Assembly: GCA_038087875.1 (NCBI GenBank)
Contig: CM075998.1
Coordinates: 6,574,001 to 6,638,000, forward strand
DNA length: 64,000 bases
DNA from: Malacoraja senta
Taxonomy: Eukaryota
Direction: 5' to 3'
Shown: positions 13,867-25,469 of the stretch, in pieces
Layout: each line of letters opens with the position of its first letter
Position numbering within the stretch: the stretch's first letter is position 1
Program-made: the position numbers and the translations under genes
Notes under the pieces: generated by a model
The model's database searches: none
What the model saw: the letters and a program-made list of their open reading frames with translations, nothing else
What the model was told of the DNA's origin: nothing

Positions 13867-14732
13867 TTATACTTTTCAAAAGTGTCAGTACTTCCTCTTC
13901 TTTGATCCTCATAGTTTCCATAGCTACTCTACTTATTTCCCTTACCTCACATAATTCAATATCCTTGGTGAATACCGAAGACAAGAAATTGTTCAATATC
14001 TCCCCCATCTCTTTTGGCTCTGCAGATAGCTGTCCACTCTGACTCTCTAATGGACCAATGTTATCCCTCGTTATCCTTTTGCTATTAATATAGCTGTAGA
14101 AACCCTTTGGATTTACTTTCGCCTTACTTGCCAAAGTTACCTCATATCTTTTAGCTTTTCTAATTTCTTTCTTAAGATTCTTTTTACATTCTTTATACTC
14201 CTCAAGCACCTCATTTACACCTATAATAATTGTAGATCTCTCTTTTCCGAACCAAGTGTCCAATTTCCCTTGAAAACCATGGCTCTTTCCAATTATTACT
14301 CTTTCCTTTCAACCGAACAGGGACATAAAGATTCTGTATTCTTAAAATGTCACCTTTAAATGTCCTCCATTTCTCTTCTACATCCTTCCCATAAAACAAC
14401 ATGTCCCAATTCACTCCTTTTAAATCCTTTCGCTTCTCCTCAAAGTTAGCCTTTCTCCAATCAAAAATCTCAACCCTTGGTCCAGTTCTGACCTTCTCCA
14501 TAATTATATTGAAACTAATGATATTGTGATCACTGGACCCGAAGTGCTCCCCAACACATACCTCCGCCACCTGACCTGTCTCATTTCCTAACAGGAGGTC
14601 CAGCACTGCCCCTTCTCTAGTAGGCACCTCTATGTATTGCTGCAAAAAACTATCCTGCACACATTTTACAAACTCCAAACCATCCAGTCCTTTTACAGAA
14701 TCTGTTTCCCAGTCTATGTGTGGAAAATTGAA

Positions 14733-15120
14733 AGATAGAACTTTATTTATCCCAGGAGGGAAATTGGTCTGCCAACAGTCATAAAGCACAACAAGATACA
14801 TGAAATTAAAGTGGAAAGTCCAGGATTGGGGATGTGCAAAGATTGGGGAAGGGGGTGGGGGTTTGAGGTGGAAGGGGAGCCAGTCTACCCCACGACAGAA
14901 GGGAGAGGAGTTGTACACTTTGATAGCCACAGGGAAGAAGGATCTCCTGTGGCGTTCTGTGCTGCATCTTGGTGGAACCAGTCTGTTGCTGAAGGTGCTC
15001 CTCAGGTTGACCAGTGTGTCATGGAGGGGGTGAGCTGTATTGTCCAGGATGCTCCGCAGTTTGAGGAGCATCCTCCCCTCCAAGACCAACCTCCCGTGAA
15101 TCCAACTCCACCCCCAGGAC
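14733..15120 (-). mobile_element. Rex1-like LINE 3' fragment
   Basis: ILDNTAHPLH...RRSFFPVAIKVYN motif. A similar tail occurs at ~44670-44830. Confidence 0.7.
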
Positions 15121-15149
15121 GGAGACCGAGTTGTATCTGAACTCCGAAG

Positions 15150-15505
15150 TGTACAAAATCATGAGGGGAATAGATTAGGTAGATGCACAGAGTCTCTTGC
15201 CCAGAGTAGGGTAATCGGACATAGGTTCAAGTTAAAGGGGAAAAGATTTAATAGGAATCTGAGGGGTAACTTTTTCACCCAAAGGGTGGTGGGTGTATGG
15301 AACAAGCTGCCAGAGGAGGTAGTTGAGGCTGGGACTACCCCATTGTTTAAGAAACAGTTAGACAGGTACATGGATAGGACAGGTTTGGAGGGATATGGAC
15401 CAAGCGCAGGCAAGTGGAACTAGTGCAGCTGGGACATTGTTGGCTGGTGTGGGCGAGTCGGGCCGAAGGGCCTGTTTCCACACTGTATCACTGTATGACT
15501 ATGAC
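15150..15505 (+). mobile_element. CR1 3' fragment of the subfamily that shares its tail with the HE1 SINEs
   Basis: GGTAACTTTTTCACCCAAAGGGTGGTGGGTGTATGGAAC and GGGCCGAAGGGCCTGTTTCC tail shared with the SINE 3' ends. Confidence 0.8.
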
Positions 15506-15747
15506 TCTTTGTAGATAGTGAACAGGAAGGGAGGGAGGACCGTCCCCTGTGGGGCCCTTGTGTTGCTCACTACCATGTCGAAGACACAGTTCTGTGCCTC
15601 CCGCAAGGATGAACTGACTAAAGGTGGAGACGAGGGGGAGGATGGAATGAAGTTAAAGGACTGGCAAATGGATAAATTAAAAAGGATCACTTAATGTGAA
15701 AGAATGATGGATGGAACAAGAGGCAATGGAAAAGAGAGTTGTAAAAC

Positions 15748-16514
15748 TTGGCACTTTAGTCGTAGAAATATAAGGTCGTCAGGGCTTTGATGCAGATGAA
15801 GTAAAAATTGAGGTGAGAAATCAGGCAGGGAGAAGAGCAAGATAGCACAATGAGGTGTTATTTTGGGCAAAATACCTGAGGGAAAAGGAGTAGCTTTAAA
15901 TACTAACTTGGTAAAAGACAAAGAGCTTGTTTTGTAAGTCTTGAAGTGTGGGAAGTAAACTGGGGGTGTTTGAAACAACGACGTCACAGGAAGATGTAGA
16001 TTTTAAACCACAAACAGAAACTTGGCAGCAACGTAAGGAGGAGTGGAAAATATACAGACCTTGCAGAGCATTATTTGAAGGGATGGACGAGGTAGGAAAG
16101 GAGGGGAGGAGTTGGCAGCATTGGTGAAGACCACCTTGGACAGGATTGACATACACCAAGGAAATGCAGATAGACTCAGTATGGTGGGACACCACAGATA
16201 CAAGGAAACTTTTACATTTGTGGGATTGTGCTCGGGAACTAATTGTGGAAGGGAAATGGCAGCGGAAATCAGTAAACAGAGCAAGGAAATGACAAAGTTC
16301 CAGGAGTCCTAATGAGCCAGTTGTTGTAGGGCACAGGGAAGGAATAAACCAGAAAAGAGAATTGAATTCCTGCTGGTCTGAAGAAGGGTCTCGACCCGAA
16401 ACGTCACCCATTCCTTCTCTCCAGAGATGCTTCCTGTCCTGCTGAATTACTCCAGCATTTTGTGTCTATCTTTGGAATTCCTGCTACGTGTAGCTCTCCT
16501 TCCCAGAACAGTGA
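15748..16514 (+). repeat. Near-identical copy of 52323-52987 carrying a 100-bp PLE terminal-repeat insert
   Basis: Direct comparison and near-identical ORF translations. Insert 16375-16474 is flanked by GAATTCCTGCT (16364-16374, 16475-16485). Confidence 0.95.
16375..16408 (+). ncRNA. Minimal type-I hammerhead ribozyme motif of PLE type
   Basis: GGU-CUGAAGA-A-GGGUC/UC/GACCC-GAAA-CG-UC^-ACC: core, stem II, palindromic ACGU in place of stem III, and a short stem I (GGU/ACC). Activity is not shown. Confidence 0.7.
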
Positions 16515-16602
16515 TAAGTGTGACTATAGATTAAATAAATGATTTAAATGTGGGTCAACATAAGGCATAGGAGCAGATTCAGACCATTTGGCCCAACGAG
16601 TT

Positions 16603-18660
16603 TAGAAACATAGAAACATAGAAAATAGGTGCAGAAGGAGGCCATTCGTCCCTTCGAGCCAGCACCGCCATTCATTGTGATCATGGCTGATCGTTCCCAA
16701 TCAATAACCCGTGCCTGCCTTCTCCCCATATCCCTTGATTCCACTGGCTCCTAGAGCTCTATCTAACTCTCTCTAAAATCCATCCAGTGACTTGGCCTCC
16801 ACTGCCCTCTGTGGCAGGGAATTCCACAAATTCACAACTCTCTGGGTGAAAATGTTTTTTCTCACCTCAGTCTTAAATGGCTTCCCCTTTATTCTAAGAC
16901 TGTGGCCCCTCGTTCTGGACTCGGCCAACATTGGGAAATTTTTTCCTGCATCTAGCTTGTCCAGTCCTATTATAATTTTATATGTTTCTATAAGATTCCC
17001 CTTCATCCTTCTAAACTCCAGTGAATACAAGCCTAGTCTTTTCAATCTTTCCTCATATGACAGTCCCGCCATCCCAGGGATCAATCTCGCGAACCTACGC
17101 TGCACTGCCTCAATCACAAGGATGTCATTCCTCAAATTAGGAGACCAAAACTCTACACAATACTCCAGATGTGGTCTCACCAGAGCCCTATACAACTGCA
17201 GAAGAACCTCTTTACTCCTATACTGAAATCCTCTTGTTATAAAGGCCAACATTCCATTAGCTTTCTTCACTGCCTGCTGTACCTGCACGCCACCTTTCAG
17301 TGACTGGTGTACAAGGACACCCAGGGCTCGCTGTACCTCCCACTTACCTAACTTAACCCCATTGAGATAATAATCTGCCCCCTTGTTTTTGCCGCCAAAG
17401 TGGATAACCTCACATTTATGTATATTATACTGCATCTGCCACGCATCTGCCCACTCACTCAACCTGTCCAAGTCACCCTGCAACCTCCTAACATCCTCTT
17501 CACAGTTCACACTGCCACCCAGCTTTGTGTCATCCGCAAACTTGCTAGTCTTGCTACTCTTTGCTGTGTTTTCATCTTTTCTTTTAGTTTTATTCTATCC
17601 CTAACTTCTCTTGTCAGCCACGGTTGCCTCCTACTCCCCTTAGAATCTTTCTTCCTTTTTGGAATGAAATGATCCTGCGTCTTCTGGATTATGTCCAGAA
17701 ATTCCTGCCATTGCTGTTCTACCATCATTCCTGCTAGGATCCCTTTCCAGTCTACCTTGGCCAGCTCCCCTCTCATGCCTTCATAGTCCCCTTTGTTCAA
17801 CTGCATCACTGACACTTCCGATTTACCCTTCTCCTTCTCAAATTGCAGATTAAAACTAATCATATTATGATCACTACCTCCAAGCGGTTCCTTTACCTCG
17901 AGTTCTCTTATCATATCTGATTCATTGGACAACACTAAATCCAGAATTGCCTTTTCTCTGGTCGGCTCCATTACAAGCTGCTCTAAGAATCCATCTCGGA
18001 GGCACTTGACAAACTCTCTTTCTTGGGATCCTGAACCAACCTGATTTTCCCAGTCTACCTGCATATTGAAATCCCCCATCACCACAGTGGCATTACCTTT
18101 GTTACATGCCAGTTTTAACTCTTGCTGCAACTTGCACCCTACATCCGGGCTACTATTTGGGGGTCTGTAGATAACACCAATTAGTGTCTTCTTGCCTTTA
18201 CAATTCCTCAATCCACAGTGACTCTACCTCGTCAGTCCCTATGTCTTCCCTCGCAAGGGACTGAATTCCATCCCTCACCAGCAGAGCTACCCCCCCCCCT
18301 CCTCTGCCCACCTGCCTGTCATTTCTATAGGATGTATAACCCTGAATATTGTTCCCAGGCCCGATCCTCCTGCAGCCACGTCTCAGTAATCCCCACAATG
18401 TCATATCTACCAACCTCTATCTGAGCCTCAAGCTCATCTACTTTACTTCTTATACTTCGCGCATTCATATACAATACTTTTAACTCCTTACCCATCTCAC
18501 CTTTCACATCGATCCCTATTACACTTGGCCATACACTCCTATCCCTTTGTGAGCTTTCTTTCCCGTTAATTCTGGGGCCATTAACTATCCCTTTACTCTC
18601 TTTCCCTTTAACTCCATCCTTGACTCTCCCATTTGACACCCCCCCCCACTTATTCAGTTT
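16603..18660 (-). mobile_element. CR1 LINE: EN domain joined directly to the RT C-terminus
   Basis: LYMNARSIRSK, GITETW, YRPP, MGDFN and GGSDHN motifs, then RPHLEYC to the tail (TAGAAACA)n. Junction at ~17545. Confidence 0.9.
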
Positions 18661-20364
18661 GTTCCACCATTCAATCATGGCTGATCTATTTTTTCCCTTT
18701 CAACCCCATTCTCCTGTTATAATATAACATCAGTCCAAATGGAATGAAGGCCTGCATTTATTCAATGCTTTTTCTCATATTCGGAATGTTCCAAAGTACA
18801 ATCAGTATAATGCATATTTTTGAAGTAATCGCTGTTTTAATGTCGGTCATACTAAGGGGTTAGTATTCACGATTGAGATCTGAAGCTATTTCTCGATCTA
18901 GAGGGTTTAAATTGCCAGATAATGTGATGAAACGTGATGAAATAATTCATTACATCCATTTGATGTTCAAGTAGGATTCTCAATAAATTGCTCATCTGCT
19001 GGAGTAGAAATTATGCATGTCTTCATCCTAAGGCCCTCGAACCATACTTTCAACCTGTTTTAACAAAGCCTGGTGAGTCACCGTGTACAGATCTTTCATC
19101 CAAGCCATCTTGTATTTCTTCATGAAGTGGCAGCATCTGAGATTGTGGCTGTGAGCGATGTGGCATCTTCTTGGTTGTTGTCCTCTTACTCAACAGTTGT
19201 CTAACCAAGCAGTTCTAGGCCATCTGAAAGAGGTAAAGCTCAAAGAGAGGGTCACAGGACAAGAGAAAGAGAGAGATACACGGTTACTCCTTTTGTGGTT
19301 TGTAAATGAAAAGGTATTGTAGGATAATGGGGAAATGAGATATTGATTCAGATATGGGCATATTATTTTCTTTGATCTCTGCACAATTGCTAGACATGGG
19401 CTCTGTGGTGTCTGCTCCATTACTAGTCTATGCACTATTCCAGGGCACTAAATCAGCTATCCTCTACCAACAGCTATCCTCTTCTGTCTTCTTCCTCAAC
19501 AGAGAGGGAAGCATGACTGTCTTAGAATATACCTACCGTAGTTGAAACGTTGACAATTTGTAGAAGTTAAGAAATCTGTGCATGAGGCTAGTGTACAAAT
19601 CTTAGATTAGTATTTTGTTGGTTCACATGCTTGATCAATGGTGTTTTATCATTAATGTTTTATTATTATTAATGTTTAGTGTTTTCTGAGTCATTCGTAA
19701 CTGTCACTGTATGTCATGTTGTTACTTGTGGGCGGAGCACCAAAGCAAATTCCTTGTATGTGAATACTTGGCCAATAAACGTACTTACTTACTTACTTAT
19801 AACTTACTTAGATCGGGGTTCTGACAATTGCTGTAAGTGTTGGGATATGGAGCAGTGTGTATGGTTAGAATAGTTGTTGGGAGGTGGGATCTGATGCTGT
19901 CTTCTTGAACCCTGATCACATTCATCTCGTGGCACTTTATAGAGGTGCTTCATCCTGTTATTGGCTTTATGTGCATCTACCTGCTGCTGCGGATTCATTG
20001 TGCACCTTGGAACTTCCTTGGCACCATGGAGGTGAAGGACCTCTGTCATCTCACTAACAAAAGCGCTTAAAATCATTTTGAAAAATGTGGTGTTCCCTTT
20101 AACCTGTGCTTCATCATGGCTTTTAGCAAGCTTCTGAAAAGAATAGGACTTCCATCTCCGCTTTCTGTTAAGACAATGAAGAAAGTAGTTAACACTTGCA
20201 TAGTGCTTGAGTAACTCAGCGGGTTGAGCAGTCTATCTAGAGACATGGGAAGGTGACGTTTCAGGTCAGGATCCGTTTTTAGACTGAAGAGACCCGACTG
20301 AAGCTGATATCTGCATGACTGGGGCAATGGAAAAGTTCCCATTGCTGTGAAATAAACATTTTTT

Positions 20365-20660
20365 GGGTTTAGGTTAGTTTACAAATACGGAGTGGAAACA
20401 GGAAACTAAGCTGAGCAAAGATTACCCATACCCTAGTTCTATGTTATCCCACTTTTATATCCTACACACATGGGGCAATTTTACAGAAGCCAACAAACCT
20501 GCATGTCTTTGGAATGTGAACAGAAACCGGAGCACCCGGACAAAACTCGCACGGTCACAGGGAGGACGTACAAACTCCGTACAGACGGCAGCAGAGGTCA
20601 GGATGGAACCCGGGACTCGGGCGCTGTAAGGCAGCAACTTTACCGCTGCGCCGCTGTGCT
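20365..20660 (-). mobile_element. HE1-type V-SINE
   Basis: GGCAGCAACTTTACCGCTGCGCC head (rc) and V-domain. Confidence 0.8.
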
Positions 20661-20699
20661 GCTCACTAAGATATTTAATGTATATAAATTTATCATTTG

Positions 20700-21020
20700 C
20701 GCTGACAAGTGGGAAACGCCTGGTGAGGATCGGGGAGGTGGGGAAAGGACATCCAGGTGGCCATGAAGTCCCAAGACAGTATATGGTTCGAGACCCTGGA
20801 GGCCAGGCACGAATGCCACAAAATGGCCAACGGCAACGCCCTCCCAATCCTACGGCCAGAGACACCTTCACCTGTGGAAGATGTGAGATGGTTGTGCTGT
20901 CAAGGATAAGGCCTAGTCAGCCACAGCAGGAAATGCAACCACAAATGAAACATTGCCCTCTCCAAACAGAACAACGTCAAAGCTCCACCATCATCTCGCA
21001 GATGGACAGATGCCAACTAT
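20700..21020 (+). mobile_element. Decayed RTE-clade LINE 3' end
   Basis: Remnants resembling WET-x-x-EDR and FTCGRC...LSRI, like the RTE C-terminal zinc finger. Confidence 0.5.
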
Positions 21021-24000
21021 AGATATTCTGAACAATAGTTAATTGTTCAGGCTAAGCATGTGGCATGTATTGGATTTCAGACTTTGCTTTGCATAGTGTT
21101 CCCTGGCAGCTTGTAGCTCATGTAGAACGTGACTGATCTGATCTTCACAGTTGGAACAAAGTTAGACAAAGACCGCTGGAATGGAGCTGCGGATTCTTTG
21201 TTAACTTGTGCCTTTGGTGATTGAATCTGTGTTCTGGTATCTGAAGGCTCTGATTCATGGCATGTTATTTGAAACTTGGTTAACATTCCCATCTATGGAG
21301 CTCCACAAAGCATTGCTGATAAATCTTGACACGATGTATCTTAATATTTGGTGATTTGATATTGCTCAAAGCTCTGATTGTCAAGTTGGAAAAGGATATG
21401 GTGGGTGGAATATTCAAAGAAGGAATGTTGCAGTCCAACTGCGTAATGACTTCATGCAGAAACTTGGCGGTATTCAAATGTTTATTGATTTTAATGAGAT
21501 TCCCCTTCATTATATTGCAGGGTGGTTCCATGAATCAGGAGGAAGAAAAGGGTGATGCTTAAATTCTTATCCACCCACTTGTTTTTTACATTTTAATATA
21601 TGAGAGAGATTAAGATTTAAAGGAAGATTTGTAAATAAGGAAGCATGTTGTATGTGGACATTTTTTTGCAGCAGAGAAATTTTGCTCTGCTCAGATGAGG
21701 CATTTCAACGTGGGGAAAGGAATACCTCCTCGGCTTTTAACTCCAAAAAGCAATTTTGTTGTTTCAGTGTCCAAACGTACTAGATCAAACCATTCTTGGA
21801 CCATGGGCCATACATCTTCCTATTTTATGTGAACAAAAAAGACACTTTCACTCGGACACTGAGCCCTGGATAGAGTCGGTAGTTGGTGAACTTTTTTCAG
21901 CACGGAGCTTTGGTGGTGATACTGACCACCAGCTGATACCTGATCCAATATACTGCCTAATAGGAGACATAAGAGATGGCAGATGCTGGAATCTTAAGCA
22001 AAAAAACAAACTGCTGGAGGAACTCTGTGGTCAAGCAGCATCTGTGGAGAGGAAATGGACAGATAACATTTCAAAATATCACCGGTACATTTCCCTCTGT
22101 AGATGTTGCCTGACCCGCTGAGTTCCTCCAAAACACCTTGTTTTTTCATATATCTTACTGCTTAATTGGCCCAAATATCAAAAAGGGTTGAGGAAAGATT
22201 ATGGGAATGTTAAGATTTGATCGATAAATTAGTTTCTTCCTGAAATTGACCTTTTATATCAGAATAAATCAAAAGTGGTAACTGAGGTACTTTACCGTCT
22301 GGCCTCTCCCCTGATTTTCACAACCTATCTGACATAACGTAATAAAAACAACAAATGCTGGAAATACTCACAACTCAGGCGTCATCTGTGGGAAGAGAAA
22401 CCGTTTCAATGGTTTGGGTCGAAGAGCCTTGGAACTGGACAAAAGGCATAAGAAGTTGTAAAGCTGCAGGGAGAGAGGGGTAGGAGGGGAGTTTCTAATC
22501 TGGTAAAAACAGGGTGACTGAGGGCAAACTGTAAACTATGTTATCAGGCCAATGAGTGAATGTGAGCAAAATGTGGCTTGTATGGAATGACATTGCCTGG
22601 AATGACATTGAGCTGAAGCCTTACTTATTGCATTGGCTCCAAGATGAGGGAGTTGTAAAATGCAGAGCAGGATGATGTGTCCGGCAGGTCTGGCTAGGCT
22701 AGTCCACCACTCCCAAAGAAAAATCCTCAGCAAACTGTGCCAAATTACAGATGGATGACTGATACAGACAGAGAAATCAAGTTACAGAAGTTGTAGACTT
22801 CAATATTGACAGGGTGAAAGTATGAAGGGCTGCAATAGGTGCGTTATTTTAAATGGATCACATGCTGTCCATGTTATTAGTTTATAAATGTAAACAGAAC
22901 TAGGGCAAATACTCCTCAAGATTTATCTGCCATTCAACAAGATTGAAGTCGATCTTCTATCTCAACTACACTTTGCCACTTACCACGAATTCAGTCAAAC
23001 CACAAGATAGTTTTATGCTTTGTTTGTGAGTACATGTTTATTTTTCTCTCAAACAACCTAACTGAGGTACTTTGACCTTTAGGCTGAAGAGTCTGAATGT
23101 AGAAAAAACAGTGTGAGTCACTAAGTCAGTTTCTATTGAAAGAGCCAGAGAATGGAATGCTGGAGTGTAGTGTCAGAGTAGAAAGGCGGACATTCTTTGA
23201 TTTGTGAACCATGTGCACCAAACTACCAATATGGCTGAGATGTAGGTGGTGTGGTCAGGGTTTGGAGTGAAAATTTAGACATTCGTTAAGAGCTTATGTA
23301 TTGCCTCGTCCTTTAGATGTATTCAAAAGAGAGTTAGATTTAGCTCTTGGGGCTAACGGAATCAAGGGATATGGGAAGAAAGCTGGAACGGGGTACTGAT
23401 TTTGGATGATCTACTATTTAGGATGGCCTACTCCTGCACTTATTTTCTATTTTTCTATGTTCTAGATGAACTGTTTAAGAAACAGTTAGACAGGGTATTG
23501 GATAGGACAGGTTTGGAGGGATATGGACCAAGCGCAGGCAGGTGGGACTAGTGCAGATGGGACATGTTGGCCGGTGTGGGCAAGTTGGGCCGAAGGGCCT
23601 GTTTCCATGCTGCAGCATTCTATGGCTCTATGTCCTCTGCTGTCATCCTGGGTCATGCAGTTTTTCCTTTTGCACTCAGGAGATTTTACTGTTGACTTAT
23701 GACGGAATGTTTTTTAAATTTCTGTTTGGTGTTCATAGTGAGATTGATTCTTAATTGTAAATTTTGGCTCATAATTGTATTAAATTGATGTTGCCTTGAA
23801 TGGCATTGAGCTGAAGCCTTCCTTAATGTATTGGCTCCATGTGACAGGTTAATGTTAACCTTGAGTTTTGGATTTGTGCAGTGCATCACCCATACTACTT
23901 TTTGCCTTTATGATTTTCATGGTTCTTGTTTTTAACTGCAAACCGGAAATTTGGCTCCCTTGTTCAGTGAAAAGTGAGCTAGTTTCAGATTTTTTTCAAT

Positions 24001-24156
24001 GTAGAGGTATCCTTTGGTTCAACTATATCAACCTTATACCTGCCAGGCTTTGTCCTGTCACCTCCCCTCTTCCAGCTTTCTTCTCCCCCACTACAATCAG
24101 TCTGAAGAAAGGTCTCGACCCAAAACATCACCTATCCATGTTCTCCAGAGATGATG

Positions 24157-25465
24157 CCTGACCCGCTGAGTTACTCCAGCACTTTGTGTCCTTTTACATT
24201 TCGTGTTGACCACCTTTCTGACGTGTAAAGAGATAATATCGTAGAGGATCAATAAATGTGGTCAGTTCGAATGAAAGATGATTGACCTGAAATGTTAACT
24301 GTTTCTCTCCCATATACAGAGTTTTTTTAATTTTGAGTTTTAAAAACATTATTTTGTATATGTCACCTATCCACATTCTCCAGATATGCTGCCTGACCCG
24401 CTGAGTTACTCCAGCACTTTGTGTCTTCTTTTGTAAACCAGCATCTGCAGGTTCCTTGTTTCTACAAACGGCACGGTGGCACAGCGATAGAGTTGCTGCT
24501 TTACAACACTTACAGCACCAGAGACCCTGGTTTGATCCTGACTACAGGTGCTGTCTGTACAGAGTTTGTACGTTCTCCCCGTGACCTGCGTGGGTTTTCT
24601 CCGGGTCCTCCGGTTTCCTCCCACACTCCAAAGACATATGGGTTTGGTAGGCTAATTGACTAGTGTAAATGTAAGTGTAAATTGTCCCTAATGTGTGTAG
24701 GAGAGTGTCAATGTGTGGGGATCGCTGGTCGGCGCGGACTCGGTGGGCCGAAGGGCCTGTTTCTGCGTTGTATCTCCAAACTATAAACTGAACTACCAGG
24801 AATATGTGTAGCTTGCATGTGGAATAGATAGAATATGGATAGGTACGAGAGATGTGGAAGATATACCACATTTACTGCACTTTTTTGATTGATCCGCTCA
24901 GTCATTTTTTTCTGAAATCTTTACCTAGTTCTCCAGCCCCACAGCTTGTTCTGCATGCTTAAGAATTGAAAATGGGTTCTGTAGCCCCTGCTACCTTTCA
25001 ACAGCCTAGGATGCAGCTATAAAGGCCTGATGATTGATATACCTGAACCCTGCAAATCATTTCACAGCCTGTTACTTCTATCCAGTTATCTGTAATCATT
25101 GTTCCATTTCTTCGGATATAACTTTGATTGGATTTGGTAATTAGTTGAAAATAGTGTAGAGAATAGGGATAAAGAGAATCCCTTTGATTGTCAGGATATG
25201 ATAACTGGTGTTTCACAGGATTATATCTTGAGCTCTTTACTTTTTACAATTGTAACAATTACTTTGATTTTTTTAAATTATGGTATTAAGAAAATAAAGG
25301 GACTGTAAATGGGAGAGAAACAGTTAACAATTCAGGTCAATCATCTTTCATTCGAACTGACCACATTTATTGATCCTCTACGATATTATCTCTCTACACG
25401 TCAGAAAGGTGGTCAACAGGAAACGTAAAAGGACACAAAGTGCTGGAGTAACTCAGCAGATCAGG
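24157..25465. repeat. ~163-bp inverted repeat (24157-24319 / 25303-25465) with a ~1-kb spacer
   Basis: Arms read directly as reverse complements, e.g. GTAGAGGATCAATAAATGTGGTCAGTTCGAATGAAAGATG vs CATCTTTCATTCGAACTGACCACATTTATTGATCCTCTAC. Confidence 0.95.
24469..24795 (+). mobile_element. HE1-type V-SINE, full length
   Basis: tRNA-like head with A/B boxes, V-domain, and GGGCCGAAGGGCCTGTTTC...AAACT tail. Confidence 0.9.
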
Positions 25466-25469
25466 AATC

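Larger units (their letters stand above)
10610..14732 (-). mobile_element. CR1 LINE ORF2 (part of EN plus RT), split by two nested Rex1-type insertions
   Basis: Minus ORFs with [41 protein letters not shown] and SKYAD. (AACCATAT)n tail at ~10610. Confidence 0.9.

Noticed and set aside
14211..15089. 292-aa novel ORF
   Set aside because: Read-through from a Rex1-like tail into a CR1 endonuclease remnant.
15896..16411. Conserved paralogous proteins (ORFs 15896-16411 and 52485-53003)
   Set aside because: Identity comes from the recent DNA duplication, and the frames are antisense to a decayed CR1.
24469..24545. tRNA genes at SINE heads
   Set aside because: A/B boxes are present, but each continues into a V-domain and LINE tail and no full cloverleaf is evident.
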